Below, piece by piece: positions 48,930 to 51,944 of a DNA stretch of 51,944 bases. The first letter of the stretch is position 1, and each line of letters starts with the position of its first letter. The position numbers and the translations under genes were made by a program. The notes below the pieces were generated by a model that was not told where the DNA came from, did not search any database, and saw nothing but the letters and a program-made list of their open reading frames with translations. The stretch comes from Promethearchaeota archaeon (GTDB lineage: Archaea > Asgardarchaeota > Lokiarchaeia > Sigyniarchaeales > SOKP01), in the NCBI GenBank assembly GCA_019894975.1, contig JAGXNO010000026.1, positions 1 through 51,944 of the forward strand, read 5' to 3'.

Positions 48930-51563
48930 TTGGTAGAAATAACGCAAAAAGTCGAAAAATTTTCATTAGACGGACAGTGGGTAATAAGAAATTCAGAAAA
49001 ATCTGTTGAAATAAATGCTCAAGTACCCGGTACTGTTTTTGAAGCTCTAATTGAGAATAATAAAATTGAAGACCCGTTTTATGGTGAAAATGAACATGAA
49101 ATGAAATGGATTTTTGAATCTAATTGGATTTATGAAAAAAAATTCAGCTTAGAACCAGAATTTTTAGAACATAACCACATTTTGTTACGATTTAAGGGAT
49201 TAGATACTATTGCAGAAGTATTCTTAAACGGTGAGCAATTAGGCTCTGTAGACAATATGTTTGTTGAATATGATTATGATGTGAAATCTAAACTAAAACA
49301 ATCAGATAATAAATTAGTAATCGAATTTAAGAGTCCTACTGCAAAAAGTCGTGAGTATTTAGAAAATACTAAATTTAAACTAAACACTGGTTATGCAGCA
49401 ATTCCGGGGGTTCCTTATTTGAGGAAAGCTCAGTATTCTTTCGGTTGGGATTGGGGTCCGAAATTACCAGATATTGGAATATGGAAAACTGTTGAGATAG
49501 TAGGATTCGATGATATTAAAATCAATTCAGTTTTTCCTTATACAAAGCTCGAATATAATAGAAGTCCATTGGATATTAGAGATCCTGCTGATTTTTCTAC
49601 GATAGAAGCAAAATCAGCAAAGATATCAATAGAAATTGATTTTGCATTAAAGATTGAAAACATTAAAGGGAAAGATTATAGAATCAAAGTCCAATTAAAA
49701 GCTCCAGATAAAGAAATAATTGTAAAGGAAATCCCTTTGAGTAAACCAAAGGAAATTCTCAGTTTTGATATTAAAAAACCTCTATTATGGTGGACACACG
49801 ATCTAGGTGTCCCAAATCTTTATAAATTGGAAGTTTCAGTCATAAAAGACGGTGTTTTAGAGAGTATAACTCAAGAGATAGGTTTACGAGATATTCAACT
49901 TGTTAGAAAACTGGATAGATGGGGGGAAAGTTTCTATTTTCTTCTAAATGGGATTCCTGTCTTTGCCAAAGGAGCAAATTGGATCCCCATCGATAGTTTT
50001 ATCCCGAGAGGTAAGAAGCTTGGTCTTTACTTAATGAATTTAAGTTATGCTAAACAAGCTAATATGAATATGGTTCGTGTGTGGGGTGGTGGGATTTATG
50101 AGGATGAGACTTTTTACAACATTTGTGATGAATTGGGATTACTGGTCTGGCAAGATTTCCCGTTCGCTTGTGCACTATATCCGTATAATGCTGAATTCAT
50201 TGAAAATGTAGAACAAGAAGCAATTCAAAATATTAAGAGATTACGTAGGCATCCTAGTCTTGCATTATGGTGTGGTAATAATGAAATTGAAGGATTATGG
50301 AAGAGAGAATTAATTAGCTCTGGAATAGTAGAAGATAACACAGAAAGACATAATTTTCTAGTTAATTTTTATTTGAAAATATTTGAAGAATTGTTGCCTA
50401 GGTTAATCCAGAATCTTGACCCAACTCGACCATATTGGCCTAGTTCACCATCAAGTGGTTTTATTATTGAAAATCTAGCATCGAGGAGTTCAAATAATCC
50501 TAATGCAGGTGATTCACACTACTGGGCTGTTTGGCATGGTAATTTACCATTCTCTGCTTATAGAGACTTCAATTCTCGTTTTATGTCTGAATTCGGTTTT
50601 GAATCTTTTCCTTCCTTGAAAACTATTGAACAATTTTGTCCCATTGATCAGTATGATTTCAATTCCCCAATTATGGAAAATCATCAGAAAAATGGAGCTG
50701 GTAATAAAAAAATTAGGGATTATATGGATAAGCGTTTTTCGATACCAGAAGATTTCGAGCATCAAGTGATTTTGTCACAAATTACTCAAGCAGAAGCAAT
50801 TGAATATGGTGTTGAATATTGGAGGCAAAATCGTAGTGATTATCATTGTATGGGTGCTCTTTATTGGCAATTGAATGATTGCTGGCCTGTTGCAAGTTGG
50901 TCATCATTAGACTATTATGGCAGATGGAAAGCGCTTCACTATTTTGCAAAGCGATTTTATCAACCATTATTTGCCAGTGTTAAGGAGGATCCTAACCAAA
51001 TAGAATTCTGGGTGACAAATGATTTAAAGAAATCTTGCGAAATAGAATTGGAATGGAAGATGCTGCATTCAGATGGGAATCTACTCATTCAGGGTGTTTA
51101 TAATTCCAAAGTTTCTCCTTGCAGCTCGTTAAAACTAGGGTTAGAGGATGTTAGCGAGATGAACGAGAAACAATTAAACATGCATAATAATATTATCTTC
51201 TATAAATTGTATTCTAATAATGGAAAAAAAAAATTAATACATAAAGGATTTCGTTTATTTGATGCACCAAAATTCTTTAATTTAAGAGATCCAGAAATAG
51301 AGCTTTCTTTGGGAGAGATAAAAGGAGAGAAGAATCTTAAAATTCAACTGAAGTTGAAAGCTAAGAATATTGCTTTATATATCAATATTGACTCAGATTT
51401 AATTGATTTTATAGCTTCTGATAACTTTTTTTCTATGGAACCTGATGAAACTAGGGATATTGATATTGAGGTAAAAAAAGATTTTGAATCTGGTAAAACT
51501 TATTCGAAACAAGATATTATAAAGTCCTTTAAGATTCAGTCTCTTTATGATATCATTAAATAA
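48930..51563 (+). CDS. beta-mannosidase, glycoside hydrolase family 2
   Basis: RKAQYSFGWDWGP, KGANWIP, RVWGGGIYE, WQDFPFAC, WCGNNE, SEFG, YWQLNDCWP. Confidence 0.95.
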   Translation: MVEITQKVEKFSLDGQWVIRNSEKSVEINAQVPGTVFEALIENNKIEDPFYGENEHEMKWIFESNWIYEKKFSLEPEFLEHNHILLRFKGLDTIAEVFLNGEQLGSVDNMFVEYDYDVKSKLKQSDNKLVIEFKSPTAKSREYLENTKFKLNTGYAAIPGVPYLRKAQYSFGWDWGPKLPDIGIWKTVEIVGFDDIKINSVFPYTKLEYNRSPLDIRDPADFSTIEAKSAKISIEIDFALKIENIKGKDYRIKVQLKAPDKEIIVKEIPLSKPKEILSFDIKKPLLWWTHDLGVPNLYKLEVSVIKDGVLESITQEIGLRDIQLVRKLDRWGESFYFLLNGIPVFAKGANWIPIDSFIPRGKKLGLYLMNLSYAKQANMNMVRVWGGGIYEDETFYNICDELGLLVWQDFPFACALYPYNAEFIENVEQEAIQNIKRLRRHPSLALWCGNNEIEGLWKRELISSGIVEDNTERHNFLVNFYLKIFEELLPRLIQNLDPTRPYWPSSPSSGFIIENLASRSSNNPNAGDSHYWAVWHGNLPFSAYRDFNSRFMSEFGFESFPSLKTIEQFCPIDQYDFNSPIMENHQKNGAGNKKIRDYMDKRFSIPEDFEHQVILSQITQAEAIEYGVEYWRQNRSDYHCMGALYWQLNDCWPVASWSSLDYYGRWKALHYFAKRFYQPLFASVKEDPNQIEFWVTNDLKKSCEIELEWKMLHSDGNLLIQGVYNSKVSPCSSLKLGLEDVSEMNEKQLNMHNNIIFYKLYSNNGKKKLIHKGFRLFDAPKFFNLRDPEIELSLGEIKGEKNLKIQLKLKAKNIALYINIDSDLIDFIASDNFFSMEPDETRDIDIEVKKDFESGKTYSKQDIIKSFKIQSLYDIIK

Positions 51564-51665
51564 ACATCATTTTTTTTTGCTCATGAAGAGATTTAAATTA
51601 TCATAATCTTATTAAAGTAATAACTTTAAGAATAAAGTTATAAAATTAGTGTTGAGGTTTTAAAT

Positions 51666-51944
51666 TTGTTACATAATTTTTACTTGATTCATCAATATAC
51701 AGGGATTTGTTTAATCCATAGAAAGTATGGTAGGATAGAATTTAATCAGGATTTAGTCAGTGGTTTTCTCACCGCACTTAAAGACTTTAGTGTCGAATTT
51801 TCAAAGGGATCGGGCGAATTGAAGGTAATCGACATGCAAGTATTCTATTTATTACTTGTTTTTAAGGAGGGTGTGTTATGTACTGCTGCTGCTGACAAGA
51901 ATGATGATGCCAAAATTACTCATAAAGTTTTAACCGATATTATT
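51666..51944 (+). CDS. longin-like domain protein (partial, runs off the right end)
   Basis: TTG 51666 after GAGGT SD: MLHNFYLIHQYTGICLIHRKYG...DLVSGFLTALKDFSVE...ELKVIDM, a pattern typical of Asgard longin domains. Confidence 0.75.
   Translation, partial: MLHNFYLIHQYTGICLIHRKYGRIEFNQDLVSGFLTALKDFSVEFSKGSGELKVIDMQVFYLLLVFKEGVLCTAAADKNDDAKITHKVLTDII

Noticed and set aside
1-51944. CRISPR array, tRNA, rRNA, box C/D guide RNAs near nop5-fibrillarin
   Set aside because: No spaced repeats, cloverleaf or convincing C/D box pair seen by eye in intergenic regions; tRNAscan-SE/Infernal would be needed to exclude them.

Overview
AT-rich archaeal chromosomal segment, most likely from an Asgard archaeon of the Lokiarchaeia type. 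This is inferred from gatDE, nop5-fibrillarin, archaeal MAT, pelota, SmAP3 and Elf1, plus longin-, BAR-, WH2-, LITAF- and AN1-like proteins. It is mostly housekeeping genes, with one short accessory stretch (about 33.1-39.3 kb). Main discovery: two conserved information-processing genes, RNase HII (rnhB) and transcription elongation factor Elf1, are each interrupted inside their most conserved motif by a 30-31 nt AT-rich insert carrying an in-frame stop. Both inserts fold with the flanking exons into a bulge-helix-bulge (BHB)-like structure, and the predicted tRNA-endonuclease cut sites restore the reading frame exactly. These look like tiny BHB-type mRNA introns in protein-coding genes. Other notable items: several genes with apparent CTG/ATT starts that the ORF track truncates; a tandem pair of AN1-zinc-finger intramembrane proteases, one a rhomboid pseudoprotease; a degenerate SMC-like plus kite-like gene pair; BAR-like, polyproline/WASH-like and WH2-peptide genes; a membrane-anchored protein built from phage tail-collar repeats; and a candidate small RNA with repeated AGGAG motifs. 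No tRNA, rRNA, CRISPR array or transposase was seen. All family assignments come from motif recognition by eye; no searches were run.
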